From Cetorhinus maximus (lineage: Eukaryota): 64,000 bases of DNA. A program made the position numbers and the translations under genes. This document shows, one piece after another, positions 12,877-25,909 of this stretch. Below the pieces are notes generated by a model that had not been told where the DNA came from, ran no database searches, and saw nothing but the letters and a program-made list of their open reading frames with translations. Location: positions 94,922,001 through 94,986,000 of the forward strand of contig NC_135893.1 in NCBI RefSeq assembly GCF_964194155.1. The letters run 5' to 3'. How positions within the stretch are numbered: the first letter of the stretch is position 1; every line of letters starts with the position of its first letter.

Positions 12877-13864
12877 TGGCAAATGCTGAATGATCACTTG
12901 GGAGCGCTCGAGACTAAAGCCCTCTTCCCATGACTTCAGCATTGAAGCAAGCGCTGATGTGGAATGAGTTTATTACAACAACATACTGCTCTCCCTCAAC
13001 ACTCTTCATCAAGTAAGTGTGCATGATGGCTGCAACCATCTCAGTTCACCTGAGGTATTCTGTAGGCTACAAGGTAAAATTCAAAATACCGTCATTTCTT
13101 ATCTGACAAGCTGGGTGATAACTACATCACTCTTCCCTGGAGTATTCCTTCAATTATTGTAGATGTTAAGAAGTTACTCTTTTGAGTGGAATAACTCTGT
13201 TCATTTATTAACAAGTCATTTCCCACTGACTTTACTCTTTGCCTGCTGGTACAAGCACTCTGATCTGAAAACTGCTACGAAAATGCAATGTCTTGCTATA
13301 ATCACAAATTTATGCACAGAGTAAATACCGGTTAAGATGGCACCAGTTAATATCACAACACATTTTAACGGTGCTAAATGAAGGTAAAACTGACAAGATT
13401 GCATAACGCTTTAAATAAGTGCTTCACCCTGGCCAGACAGGGTGACTTTATCAGACTTTTTTTTTTAAACTGAGTGTACCCGGTGTCCAGGGGGACATTA
13501 CGTTGGCAGCATGCTTTGTGGCTGCAAAGTAGCTAAATATTGCCACATGTGGATGCACTAGGTAAACACTATTGATTCTTTCCTTACCATGTGCCAGGTG
13601 TTTAACTTTCTGCTGACCCCATTTTGGCTCACTGCCAACCCTGTCCACTGATCAGTGGGGGAGTCAAAAGATTCCTGTAATAAGAAAAGAATGAGATGTT
13701 TGTAATGTTGTGCTGGTTAGCTGGTGAAAAGAAGTTATCCCGTGCTCCTGAAGGTTTTTCAAAATAAGGCGATAATTCTGTATACAGTTTGTATCCTGTA
13801 TCATTCTGACCAGGACAGAAGACAACCAGAAAATTACATTTGGTAGAAAAGGCTTCTAAACAAA

Positions 13865-13880
13865 ATGCACAAATCAGTGG
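13865..13880 (+). CDS. IGFALS: IGF-binding protein acid-labile subunit, coding exon 1 (MHKSV, phase 1)
   Basis: ATG CAC AAA TCA GTG G|GTAAG: 16 coding nt and a strong donor. The phase matches the acceptor at 15465/15466 and the length matches the short first coding exon of mammalian IGFALS. Confidence 0.75.
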
Positions 13881-14837
13881 GTAAGATGCTTTTTTTCAGG
13901 AGGAGGGGTTGGGGGGGGGGTGGTGGTGGTGGTGAGGGTGGGGTTTATTAATAGTTAATACTCTGTTTTCTATACCAGAGCCTGTGATGGGATTTCTACA
14001 TTGCATACAAGTTGTGTGTTAGTTTCTTTTCCCCCTTCCCACAATTTTGTTATATTTGCCTAAGATAAGGATCCCTCAGTAACGCTGGCTCATGAAGATT
14101 TCATAGATTTGAAATGACAAAGAAACTTCCAGAAACACAACTTTGTACTAATTGTGGTTACAAATCTATTCAAAGATATGGATTTTTTTTTTTGCTGGGA
14201 ACTTGGAACCAATTTGAATAAATCATTTTATAAGAGCTTCATCCATTTCTCTCCACAGTGAAAGAATTCTTTTCAGAAAAGTGTCAAAACAAAGCCTTCT
14301 TTGTAATACCTGCTGTAGAAAAAAAAATAGAAAATTAAAATGAAATACGCCTTCGTAGACTGCCACGTGTTAGTGTTTCACGCACTTTCCCCTTGCAGGG
14401 GCCCCATGCAGAAGTTTGATTTGTCGATCGATAAAGTCGGGATTGCTAAACGTATCACTGGATCCGCTCATGGTCCCTGGCTGGCTTAGGGCTGCGTGCA
14501 ACTAAATTGTAACCACAATTAATCAACCCTACTGCCGTTTCATATATACTTAAATGCAGCGACCATTCTGTACCACCACTGCCTCACAAACAGCAGCGAG
14601 ATGAATGGCCTGTTAATCTGGTTTCCTTCTGGTGGCGTTGGTTGAGACTGTTGCCAAAGGCTCATCAGATGGGATCTTTAACATCCTCTCAAACTGTCTC
14701 TGTAGGACCCTCAGCGGCTACATCTTTCTATATAATCCTGTCTTTTTTAAAAATTAATTTTAAAGATGACCCAAGCTGGTAAAATTGATTGCACTGACTT
14801 CTTGTGGTACCAAACAGGAGGACAGGCATCGTTAATC

Positions 14838-14961
14838 TTGGATTGCACGTAGTGAGGAAATCTGGGATTTGGATTGCAAGTAGTGAGGAAATCTGGGATT
14901 TGGATTGCAAGTAGTGAAGAAATCTGGGATTTGGATTGCAAGTAGTGAGGAAATCTGGGAT
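14838..14961. repeat. 31-bp tandem repeat x4 (minisatellite) in IGFALS intron 1
   Basis: Unit TTGGATTGCAAGTAGTGAGGAAATCTGGGAT, four near-perfect copies. Confidence 0.95.
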
Positions 14962-15465
14962 GATGACTTGTTTGTCGAAAACATGAAATTCTGGGCTATC
15001 CTTTAATGTGAACTGAAAATCCTCAATTCAAGTGGTATTTTGGATTAAAATTAATTGTTATCTTTCCCAATTAAAGTTATTTCCCATTGCAATAGCAAAC
15101 ATTATGCAGAGATTTAATATTACAACTAGATAACAGTTCTCAATTATATTTAAAAAACTTCACATTCAAACGTAATAGATGCAAAGCAATCTTTTTTTTA
15201 AAAAAAGTATTGGAAAAGAATCTCCAAAACGCTAACGTATTGCAGGGTGCATCTGAGAGCAATTAAGCTCTAATTGCCCTCAGGATGTATTACCAGTTCT
15301 TATGGTCTTAAAGGGACTGTCCAGGTTACACTCAGCAGTACTTTAGCAGCAGAATAATATTGTGTGCTAGATGGTCTTTGTCTCTTTCCCAAAGTGATAT
15401 TATAATATAAATATTATCCAAATGCTTTATAACCTCTGACTGTATGTTGTGTTTATTTTTTTTAG

Positions 15466-17276
15466 ACTGTTGGCTTGTATCGGTTATTGTTTGTTTATGG
15501 TTCCTCTCACTGTTGGGAACAGGATCACAGCTACCATCAGAAGAGTCAGATGATGAAAGTTTCAATTGTCCCCATGAGTGCACCTGCATTTTTGATGACT
15601 ACAGTGAAGAACTAAACGTCTACTGCAGCTCTCGGTATCTTACCAGCATTCCAAACGATCTACCAGTCAATGCTAAAGCTGTTTGGTTTGACTCTAATAA
15701 CCTGACAGCTCTTCAATCCCATGCCTTCAGAAACATGTCTAATCTGGACTTCTTGAACCTGGGGAATAGCCACATAGTTAGTGTTGAGCAACATGCCTTC
15801 TATGGTTTAAAACTGCTCGCCCATCTACATTTGGAAAGAAACAAATTGAAATACTTGGTACCAAATGCATTTCTCCACACTCCGTCTCTTGTCTCACTTA
15901 GTCTGAATAATAACAACTTTGGTAAAATTGAAGATGGGTTGTTTTCTGGCCTCTCTCACCTCTGGTACCTGAATCTGGGATGGAATAATCTGGCGGTTTT
16001 GCCTGCTACAGGCTTTCATGATTTACCAAGCTTAAAGGAGCTTATTTTGGCAGGAAATAGATTAACTTATCTGCAACCCCAACTGTTTATAAGTTTGACA
16101 GAGCTGAGGGAACTCGATTTGTCAGGAAATCTGCTGAGAATCATTAAGGGGAACATCTTTGTGAAGCTGCAAAAGCTTCAGAAGCTTTACGTGAGTTGTA
16201 ACCAAATCAGCACCATTGTACCAAGGGCTTTCATGGGAATGAAATCCCTCAGATGGTTAGACTTGTCCCACAATCGCATCGCTGCATTACATGAAGAAAC
16301 ATTCGCTGGACTCCTAAACCTCCATGTGCTTAGGTTGGTCAACAACTCCATCACAGGGTTAAGACACAAGACATTCAGAGAACTTCAGTTTCTGGAGGAA
16401 CTCCAATTTGGGTACAACAAGATCAGAAGCCTTTCTGAAAACATATTTGATGGCTTAGTACAGTTGGAAGTCCTCACTCTAAACAACAATCAGATTGAGG
16501 ATATCAAACCAGGAGCATTTGTTGGCCTTCGTGAGGTAGCTGTGCTCAATCTATCCAGTAACTCTTTAAAGAATTTATCAGATCGCACATTTAAAGGTCT
16601 TCTTAATCTTCATAGCCTGCATTTAGAAAACAACGCAGTCACGAGAATTCAACCAAGCACATTTTCTGGATTGTCCTGTCTTCGAAGGCTCTTCCTGCAA
16701 AACAATTACATTTCAGTTATTGACAATCAGAGCCTCAGTGACTTGAAAGAGCTTTCGGAACTGGATTTCAGATACAACAAACTAACGCAGCTAACTCCTC
16801 AGGCTTTCATAGGTGTACCAAGTTTGGAGTATCTTCTACTAAAGCGCAATGAACTTCAATCCATTTCTGATACCGCCTTTCAGCCCCTTCAACGTCTCTC
16901 GTGGCTTGATTTATCAGAGAACTTTATTGAGTGTTTCTATAATCACACTCTTACACCATTGACCAAGTTAAAGTATCTGAACCTTAAGGGCAACTCTTTA
17001 AGGCATTTCCCGCAACAGTTTTTGGAGCAGTCATCACAATTGGAGCAACTATTGTTAGAGGGTAACAGTTGGCACTGTGACTGCTTACTCAAGACACTCC
17101 GGAATTACTGTCTGAAGAATCCCCATGTGGTTCCTCGTTATTTCGAATCTGCAATAGAAAGAGATGGAACTCATGCCATCAGGTACACATACAACAACAT
17201 CACATGTGCAAGCCCACAAACCATTGCTAATATGGATCTGAGAGACATCAGTGATGACTATTTTGGTGACTGCTAA
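15466..17276 (+). CDS. IGFALS: IGF-binding protein acid-labile subunit, coding exon 2 (signal peptide, LRRNT, about 20 LRRs, LRRCT)
   Basis: Acceptor TTTTTTTTAG|AC at 15465/15466; CPHECTC..DDYSEELNVYCS LRRNT, LWYLNLGWNNLAVLP, LILAGNRLTYLQP, LRWLDLSHNR, LEGNSWHCDC, YTYNNITCASP and DLRDISDDYFGDC* match ALS; lies next to NUBP2 as in human. The ORF track ATG at 15444 is intronic. Confidence 0.95.
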
Positions 17277-19972
17277 AGTCAAGTACAACATGGATTCCTG
17301 CAATCATCACATGCATATTGTTCAAGCAGCAATGCCCTGGTATTTCAGCTTTGACAACTAGATGTAACTTGTTTATGCAGTTATGACTATACCAAATGAA
17401 ATCAAGGCTAGACATGCCTATTTGGTTTGGAACCCAATGTTCCCCATCTAAATTTGCTAATAATAGGATGATTCTTTCTGGCTTACTAAGCATATACCAA
17501 TAAGCTTATCATAATAATTTCAGAAACAAAGCTTAGCTGATCATGTTAAAATCAGAGCAAGTGAACTGACCAGTGTGTTAGGCTGTGTAAGCTTAGTAAA
17601 ATACCTACACTTTATTTCAAGCTTATCGCAGAAAACAAAAATTGTGGCTGGAGCAAATTCCTTATTATTTTTCCTGTTTCTGCCTTAACTAACACAGTGC
17701 AAACTGCTGGGGTTGGTGAAGAGGATATTTTCGGTAGGAATATGAGCAACAAAATTGCTAATTATACTAGATACATATATGAGTAAGAAGTTATAGCCCA
17801 AGCTAGACTTACAGCCCAGTGATGCCTAAGGGCAATTTTTGATTAATTGATTTTAAAACAATTGGCTCATTTTCATTTGGATCTACACTAAAATTAACAA
17901 GAACAGAAATATTGCCCTCATTACTAATTCAGATCATAAATTATCTCTTACATCATATCCCAAGGAAACAAAGTGTGGTCTGCTAGCCAATGGCTATAAA
18001 TGTTTATTGAATATAATTTATGAAGTGCACGCTAGCAATAAGCAATGTAGAGATACTAGATTTCTGCTTTTCTGACAAGTTAGGTTCAGGGGCCAAATGC
18101 TTTGTTGCCAACCTTTAATTAACAACATATAAGGAGGCTTGTTTTGAAACAAATTCATGCTCCAAGATTATTTTTTTTTGTAAAAGTTGGAGTGCCTCTT
18201 CCCCTATTTTTGCATCATTTTTTCCAGTAGTCTCCCGAAAGCTCTACTTCCAAGTCTCCGCAAATCCCATTCTGAGCAAGGTCTGGGGGAGTCGTGCAGT
18301 CAAAACTCTTGACTTTCCCTCCAAATGAAGAAATGCCCCTAGTTTCTATTATGATTCCCCAGAACATCACGGCTGAAAACAAAAAGCGGAAGTATAGGGA
18401 CTGTTTATTAACGCCTCTGCCAGCAAAAAAGTTCCTCTTCAAAAGAAGTTGCACGCTCAGTATTATCCACAATTCACCACAGCCTCTCTCATATTTGAAA
18501 GGCGACTTTGGAATGTAATTAGAGAAAAAAAGGAAGGTCATTCTGCACAGGTAACATAGGAGATAGTGCAGGCAAGTGGAGCTGAGGTGGATGATCAGCC
18601 ATATTATTGAACGGCAGAGCAGGCCGAAGGGTCCACATCACCTACTCCTGCTTTTATTTCTTATATTCTTAAGAATTACACGCAGAAAATGGAAATTCTC
18701 TCGAGAGTAGCACAGCAAGGTCGGAGTAAAGGCACATTGCTGTATAAGAATAGCAGGATGTTATGCACAACAGTGTCTGGTGAAATCAGCAACTTCTTAC
18801 CCAGGGCCTACTTTCCTTACCTTAATCAGAAAATCCCTTCTTCCAAAATATAAAATTTAATTTAACTCAGGGGGAAGAGAATCACCAATTTTTACCCATT
18901 CCTAATAGGAATACTCCTTACTTAGATCAAAAGATCATGAAGATTGGAGGCAATCAAAAACCAACACTATTCAGAACACTTGTAACACAGACCATCCAGA
19001 TATTCTAACTGTGGCCCAGGTTAATTTACATCTTGCACAACAATAATAAAAGGATGGAAATTTACAGCATCAGACTGTAGTTAAGAATGTTGACATATTT
19101 ATGCTTTAATTATAACTCCAGTCATTCCAGGATCTCTCTAGTAATGCCTTTATTCTTTTTAATCATTTCTGAATGCTCCTTCATCCACTCAAGGATGTCC
19201 TACCCTGCTTGTAGCTACTCCTACCAGGAGATCTGCTGCCATGGTATGTTGATGACTCTGGGTCTTATAGTGTACGAGGTCCGAGACTCTTCACAGGTGA
19301 CTAGCCACTTGCCTTACTAAGCTTCATGACAGTGCCACACACCTTTGGAGCCATTGTCCTACTAACTAGCTGGGATCCGCTGCCTCATCCGCCGTTACCA
19401 GTCTTTGTCCACGTAGAAGGGGTGATATCCCCACACACCAGCCGAAGCTGATGGGGCCCTCACTTGGTCTTGCATGACTGCTGAGTCAAGATGCCAGGGT
19501 ATGGCCGCTGGTGTGCACAGCCAGTTACTTGAGTCATAAGTGAGAGTTGGAGGACACCGGTTTTGACATGGGTGTGGGGCTTGGCAAGGGATCAAGGGCA
19601 CTAGCCCTCACAGATATCTTCTTAATACCCCAAACATGTGGGTGGAACAAATCCTGCTTCTTGGTCGCTGAATCCTAATCCTGAGTTAAGCCCCTGCTCA
19701 CAATGCCACAAGGAACTGCACAAGTATCTCCTATTCCTCACTTGCAGATGACACTGCAAGAATAGCAGGAATTGCCTCCAGGTGAAATCCCAAATGCAAC
19801 CTTGTCATAACTAGAACTCAAACTTCAGGCTATGAATTAGTCATTCAGCACAAACATTTGTGTTACTGCGCTAACCAATGATGCCATTTTCCTGTCACCT
19901 TATCATGAAGCTAACTTAGATCATGTTACTAAGTAATCTTAGTCAGTATGTAATATATTACTTAGCCAGCAT

Positions 19973-20338
19973 GGGGGAGATGACGGCCTAATGGTAATGT
20001 CACTTGTAATGGTAATGTGCAGGCTAATTCTTTGGGGACAGGGGTTCAAATCTCACCATGGCAAATTAAAATCTGAAATATAAAGCTCTCCTGAATAAGT
20101 GACCATGAAACTGTCATTAAAAACCCACCTGGTTCACTAATGTCTCTTTAGGGAAGGAAATCTGCCATCCTTATTTGGTCTGGCCTACACATGACTCCAG
20201 ACCCACAGCAATGCGATTAACATAGTTAACACGTGCCCTCTGAAATGGCCTCACAAGCCACTCAGGTTCAAGGGCAATTAGGGATGGGCAACAAATGCTG
20301 GCCTTGCCAGCAACACACATCCCATGTGAGAATAAAGA
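19973..20338 (+). mobile_element. tRNA-derived SINE (head, conserved core, LINE-shared tail)
   Basis: B box GGTTCAAATC; core CTGGTTCACTAATGTC..TTAGGGAAGGAAATCTGCCATCCTTA; tail CAAGGGCAATTAGGGATGGGCAACAAATGCTGGCC. Confidence 0.8.
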
Positions 20339-20986
20339 CAAAATATATAGTCAAATTAACATAACTATCTGCAGCATACCACTATGAACTTTAATCATTC
20401 TCTTTAGTTCATGATTCAGTTAGGTTATTGTTTCTTGCAAATAAAAAATACTTTCAGGAATCCATTTCTGAAGCAAATCACTTTGGCTTTAATTATTGCA
20501 ATGAATATTGAAGTTTATATAACATGATAATCCTTAACAAAAGTGAATACCCCAGATTCAGGTGGCATTCTTAATAAGCAGAGGTATATACACAACCACA
20601 CAATGAACTATTTTTACATAGTTTCCAGTGAGAGCTTGGTTTCAGCAATTATTGCAATATTAAATGTAATCTCATACCTAGGACTGATTTCTAACCAGGA
20701 GGCTGTGCTTTCAATTCCTGAAATGTAGTCATTACGCTCCATAAAGGACCTGCTTAGTTAGGCTGCTTGATGGAGCACTGTTCTGCAAAGTATTCCACCT
20801 CAAGGAATTATAACTAGTAAGAGCAGGGTGACCTCCTAAATCAGCTGCTCTTCATGCAGCATTGTTGAGATTGGTTCACCAAAATTGACACCTAGAATAG
20901 AATGTCTAGCACTGCAAATATTCTTCATTTTAAGCACATGTTGTCGGTGTTCTAGCACATTCACAAAAATAACTGGGTACAAATAG

Positions 20987-20992
20987 TTTATT
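20987..20992 (-). promoter_or_regulatory. Candidate NUBP2 polyadenylation signal
   Basis: First AATAAA I see on the minus strand downstream of the NUBP2 stop codon (about 180 nt). Confidence 0.4.
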
Positions 20993-21171
20993 TTTAATTG
21001 CACATTTCTGTAGGTATAACAAAAGGCATTATTGGTCCAGTACTCAAGTGTTTCCATTTCTGGAAGAAATATTGATTATTGTATTCTTGCATTCCAAGAG
21101 GGGTTTCTTATGCTTCTATTCTGCAATCCCCCCACCCCCCCAGCAGTTCAATGAGTACACAAGGAATGATC

Positions 21172-21326
21172 TCATGTATGAAGTGCAGAGGATTCACTGT
21201 CATTACTTAAAATCTTCTCCACTATGTTATTAATGGCATCAAAAGTTGCACTCTTTGGAAAGGCTTGGATGAAATTTCGGCCTTCTTCCAGGCTATGCGA
21301 CAGCTGAGGATCTAGAGGAACACGCC
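21172..21326 (-). CDS. NUBP2: Cytosolic Fe-S assembly factor NUBP2 (Cfd1), exon 7 (terminal)
   Basis: CAG|GG CGT..; (G)RVPLDPQLSHSLEEGRNFIQAFPKSATFDAINNIVEKILSNDSESSALHT*. Confidence 0.92.
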
Positions 21327-22547
21327 CTGGGGAAGAGAAAATATAAACAATGATACTTCAAGAACTAAAAGGAAAACTACCACTGACAAATCAATTCAGT
21401 CTATGGCTCTGTGAAGCCTTAACTAAAGCAAGCCACTACAAACAGCTGCAGTAAAATGAGGGGGCAAAAATCCTACAGCCCTGAAATTACTGTGTGAAAT
21501 AATAGATCTGAACTTGTGTTTGCCTGATATTCCCTTCCCCAATGAAAGAGAAAATAATTCAGACACTTTTGCACCTTATACTTATAATTTCAAGACCAAA
21601 GTAAAAGCTCCAGCACATTACAGTATAACACTCAATTTGAATTAGTTTTGGAAAGAAACCAAATTTAAATAAATATCCAAAGATGAACATTATAATATAG
21701 AGCTCCACACAGTCCAGCTTTTCTTTTCACCTTATCTGAATATTACCACTCCAAAGGTGAGAATGTCAAAATGAAAACAATTATAGAGGCATAAGGGGGC
21801 TTTTTCAAAAAAAATGTACTTCTTTGATATTGCTAAGGAGGAATGCTTCTGTTGCTCACAATAAAAATTCTCTCTCTTCATGCAGCTATGTACTATTTTC
21901 CCACATTACAATTTTGCTTACACGCCTGTTTCTGTTAAATGCTTCCCCTCTACACGCAAGGCTGAACAAGTGGGCAACGGTTAGCACATTTAGGACAAAT
22001 ATCAAATGGTCTGCCCATCAAAAAACATGATTAACACTCAAAGGACTTCCAGTAGTAGAGTAATGCTTGGAGTTGGAAAACCTTGGCATCAGTTAAGATT
22101 TGACTGAATGCTGTAATTTAGAGGGTATGGGGAAATTGTAACTTTTTATTTAGATGGGTCTAGTGGTCTCCCTGATCCGTGACCTTGTTCTGAATGACTC
22201 AAATTTCATGTACACGTTCACCAAAAAAAAACTATCAGCATGCTGCATGTCCTACAGACACGCCAGGTAAAAGGAGTCCTGGAGAAGCGTTAGGAGTCTT
22301 AGAACAGCTACAGCACTACATACTCAAACTGAAATATTGCCTCAAATTATAAACTTGCTTTGCTCAATGCCATTCCTCGAAATGAATGCAAATCATACCA
22401 TGTACTGATCATTAAAAAAATATTTTTACAGGTTATATTTTGTAAAGAAATCCTTTTATTATATAAATGTCACCAAGATGGTTGACCAAGATCCACATTC
22501 CAACACAAGTGATTTACAACCTCAAAAGTTCACTTTAGGATGCTTAC

Positions 22548-22617
22548 CTAAAAATGGAACTCCAGACTGCTCAGCAAGTGCTTCTCCCCCTCCTCTGGAA
22601 AATACATTAGTGCATTC
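22548..22617 (-). CDS. NUBP2: NUBP2 exon 6
   Basis: CAG|ECTNVFSRGGGEALAEQSGVPFL(G)|GTAAG, 70 nt. Confidence 0.93.
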
Positions 22618-23149
22618 CTGAAAAGCAATGATTTAGTGAAGTTAAAACCAGAATCAGCACCATTGTATTCCTCTACAATTCATTAGTCTTGAAACTTTGA
22701 TAAGTTTAGTCAAACATATTTAGCATTATTCAAGCAGAGATGCGCTCTTTGTAACAGCACATCAATTATCATTTCATCCTCTTGTTCTTCAAGTGGAAAT
22801 CCAACACAGGTGCACTGTTTTCGGTTTTAGAGCACTCGCGATATTTTTGTTTAAAAGGGGAACAGAAATCGCAGACTAACACTTCAATATACTGAAAGAT
22901 CAGATTTTTTCCTCAACTCTTAAATGTTAGGAAGGTTGTGAAGCTAGAAGCATATTTCACCACCAGCTAAGATTAACGGGGCGAAATACTTCAATCTTAT
23001 GTTTAACAGACTCTTGTAAGTAATGTCTATTAATGTTGACAATATCAGCAACTAGCCCAGGTTTTTAAATTCCATGCAAGTTTCTTCACTTGTTCACAAT
23101 GGCCTAATAAACTCTCAATTAACACGATTGAAAATTTTTTAATACTCAC

Positions 23150-23260
23150 TGAGCAGTTAGGGCAAACAAAGCCACTCATGTTTTCAATTATCCCCACCAC
23201 CGGTAACCCAGTTTTCTTGCAGAATGTCAATTCTCTTCTTACGTCTCCTATAGACACAGC
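23150..23260 (-). CDS. NUBP2: NUBP2 exon 5 (CxxC Fe-S motif)
   Basis: CAG|[37 protein letters not shown]|GTGAGT, 111 nt. Confidence 0.95.
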
Positions 23261-23823
23261 CTGTTAATAAAACCAAAACATTTTGGAACTGTATTCAAAG
23301 GGCTGAAAATGGTGATACTGTTGTTTCAAAATAAAACTTCTCAACGCTCATGATCAAGGATCATATCTGAATAATAATCAAAGGGGCAAGGTAGTCTAGA
23401 TCGATCACTGCTCACAGTCCAGGAGCTTTCAGGAGAGATGGGAAGAATGCTTTTATCAAGCGCAAAAGCAGAGATTAAAAAACAAATAATGCTTGAGTTA
23501 TTAGAGGTCTAGAGACTGTTGGAGGTTAGAAAGGCTGAGAGAAGTCAGCAGTTTGATATAGTTGAGACTCAGCAAACGAATGAATTACATTATGAACTTG
23601 CAGCATGATTTGAACTGAGTGAGGATGTGGGTAGAGGAGTCTGAAAAATGGCATATTTAAAGCAGAGAGCAACTTGCAGTGGAGCACTGACGAGGCCCAA
23701 TTCAGTAAAATAGTGAAGAAACAAGGAAGTTTGCATCAAAGAAACAAATGATGAACCACCGAACCAGAAGGTAAGGAAATATATTTATTTATATCAAGAT
23801 GTATTTAGCATTTTTAATACTGG

Positions 23824-24965
23824 ATTTTAGGCTCTGCTCCATAACGTTCCTTAAAGGTCTGTTTGCAGCATGATCTGCCACCCTGGAAAACCTGCCTGTT
23901 CTTCACAAAGGGGAGCGTCTACTTCTGCTTTCAATCTGTTGAGATCATCCATGCTGAAGACCTTGCTAGGTACTGACAGCAGTGTTATTGCCCCTCCAGT
24001 TGTTGCTGTCTGAGGTTCCCTTTCCAAGGCGACTTGGCGATTACTTCTCTCAGTTGTCTGGGAGGTCCTTCACAATCCAGATCTTGTCGAACAGGTACAT
24101 GAACTCTGTTGTGACTGTGTTCCTGCCATCTTTCAATAGCTCTGCTAGTAATCTCATAGATCCCAAGTGCCTTGTTGGTCGTTGGGCCTCTGATCTGGCA
24201 ATTTCTCCCAGGTTGACATTCAGCTGTTGAAGTGCACTGTTGTTGTCAAACTCAAACGTGGAGCTGGGGCTGGGCTGGTTGAGGGTCTCCTGGAAGTGTT
24301 CCACCCACCTTACCTCCTGCTCCTCGTCTGTCAATGGCATCCTTGCCTTTGATTAGCACAGTGGTGTTGCTTCATGCACCAGTTCCCGTACGGTCCTTTT
24401 AACTCCATCCATCCTGGTTTGTCTTTCCTGCAAATCATCTGCACAGTTTCATTCAATCTTCTGTATTTACCATTTTCCTTGTCTTTGCTCAATTTCTTTT
24501 TCTGGTCCATATTGCTCTTCGCCAGCTTTCTTTCATCAATCAACTTTTATGTTGGGTCAGTGATCCATTGTTCTTTGTTGGTTCCTCTCCTCTGCCCAAT
24601 GGCAACTTCGGAAATCTCCTTAATCCCTCTTTTGAAGATTTCCCACTGTTCATCAACACTGGCTGACTCCAGTAGTACTTCGAATCTGTTGGAAGGGGCA
24701 AGTCGGAAACTGTCCGACATGTCCTTATCCTTCAGTTTCTCTGTTGCATATGGCCATTGTCACTTCATAGGTGTTGCCTTCTTCAGCTTCAGGTGGATCT
24801 TGCCTAACACAAGATGGTGGCCCGATCCTACATCGGCACCTCGACATGTCTGGACACCTCGTAGAGGTGGCCTCCTTCTGCTGCTGATGCATACATAGGC
24901 AATCTCGTTCAGAATGTTACCATCTGGAGACATCCATGTCTTTGTGAATGTCCCTGTGTTTAAAG
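23824..24965 (-). mobile_element. RTE LINE, inverted 5' segment (EN C-terminus to RT start)
   Basis: TWMSPDGNILNEI..RGADVGSGHHLV (APE), RWVEHFQETLN and EQAGF..RSC..LRNVMEQSL. Confidence 0.8.
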
Positions 24966-25587
24966 AAGGAATGCTGAGAAGCCACTTGTTATCAACATCA
25001 TCGATTTCAAGATGACTTTCGATAGCATCCATCAGCAGTCACTCTGTTACATCACAAGACAGTACGGCATCGGAACAGTATATAAACATCTTCAAAGCCT
25101 TATAATGTGACACCAGCTGCTGCGTCAAGACGAGCACAGGCACCACGGGCTCCTTCAATATCATCGCGAGAGTACATATAGCAAAGCTGCATACTCACCC
25201 CATTCTTTTTCTTCTTGTTATTTATTTCATCATGAGGAAGGTGATGGTGGGACTCAACATCCTGTGGTAACATCACCAGCTAACAGACCTGCAGATTTTG
25301 CAGAAGACATCGCCTTTCTGGCCAGAGAATTGCACTCGCTCAAAGATATGACCATCAGTCTTTGAGAGTAACTACGCCAAGGTTGGTCTATGCATCAGCT
25401 GCGAGAAGACTAAGTCAATAATGACTGGGCGATAACACTGTCCTCCCATCACCATCAAGCAATAGAACATCGAAGACATCAACCACTTCCCCTTACTTGG
25501 GGAGCAACATCTCCAGGGAAGGTGATGTAGAGATCGACATTCACACAAGAATTGGCAAAGCAGCAGTCTTCCAGCGGCTCCACAGGG
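24966..25587 (+). mobile_element. RTE LINE RT segment (continues at 30250-30609)
   Basis: KPLVINIIDFKMTFDSIHQQSL..RQYGI, DFAEDIAFLA and YLGSNISREGDVEIDIHTRIGKAA. Confidence 0.8.
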
Positions 25588-25905
25588 TCTTTTTTTTAAT
25601 TCTTTGGGATGCGAACATTCTTGGCAAGGTAATCGCCCTCGAACTGAGTGGCTTGCTAGGTCATTTGAGGGCAGTTAAGAATCAACCACACTGCTGTGGG
25701 GCTGGTGTCACATGTAGGCCAGACCAGGTAAGGATGGCAGGTTTCTTTCCCTAAAGGACATTAGTGAACCAGATGGGTTTTTACAACAATCAATGATAGT
25801 TTCATGGCATCATTACTGAGACTAGCTTTCAATCCCAGATTTAATTCACTGAATATGTATTCCAACATGAGCCATGATGGAATTTGAACCCGTGCCCCCA
25901 GAATA
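25588..25905 (-). mobile_element. tRNA-derived SINE (same family as 19973-20338)
   Basis: Reverse complement shows B box, core and LINE-shared tail with poly(A). Confidence 0.75.
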
Positions 25906-25909
25906 ATTT

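Noticed and set aside
1-13600. HAGH exons expected upstream of IGFALS from human synteny
   Set aside because: I found no recognisable glyoxalase II peptide. ORFs 119-571, 292-627 and 768-1124 show no known motifs, and the mildly CpG-rich 370-660 segment with a weak minus-strand donor at 462 is too little to call an exon.
14838-14961. CRISPR-like 31-bp repeats
   Set aside because: Head-to-tail with no spacers, in a eukaryotic intron; a minisatellite.
15444-15465. ORF-track start MLCLFFL for IGFALS
   Set aside because: These codons are the polypyrimidine tract and AG of the intron; a better first exon lies at 13865-13880.
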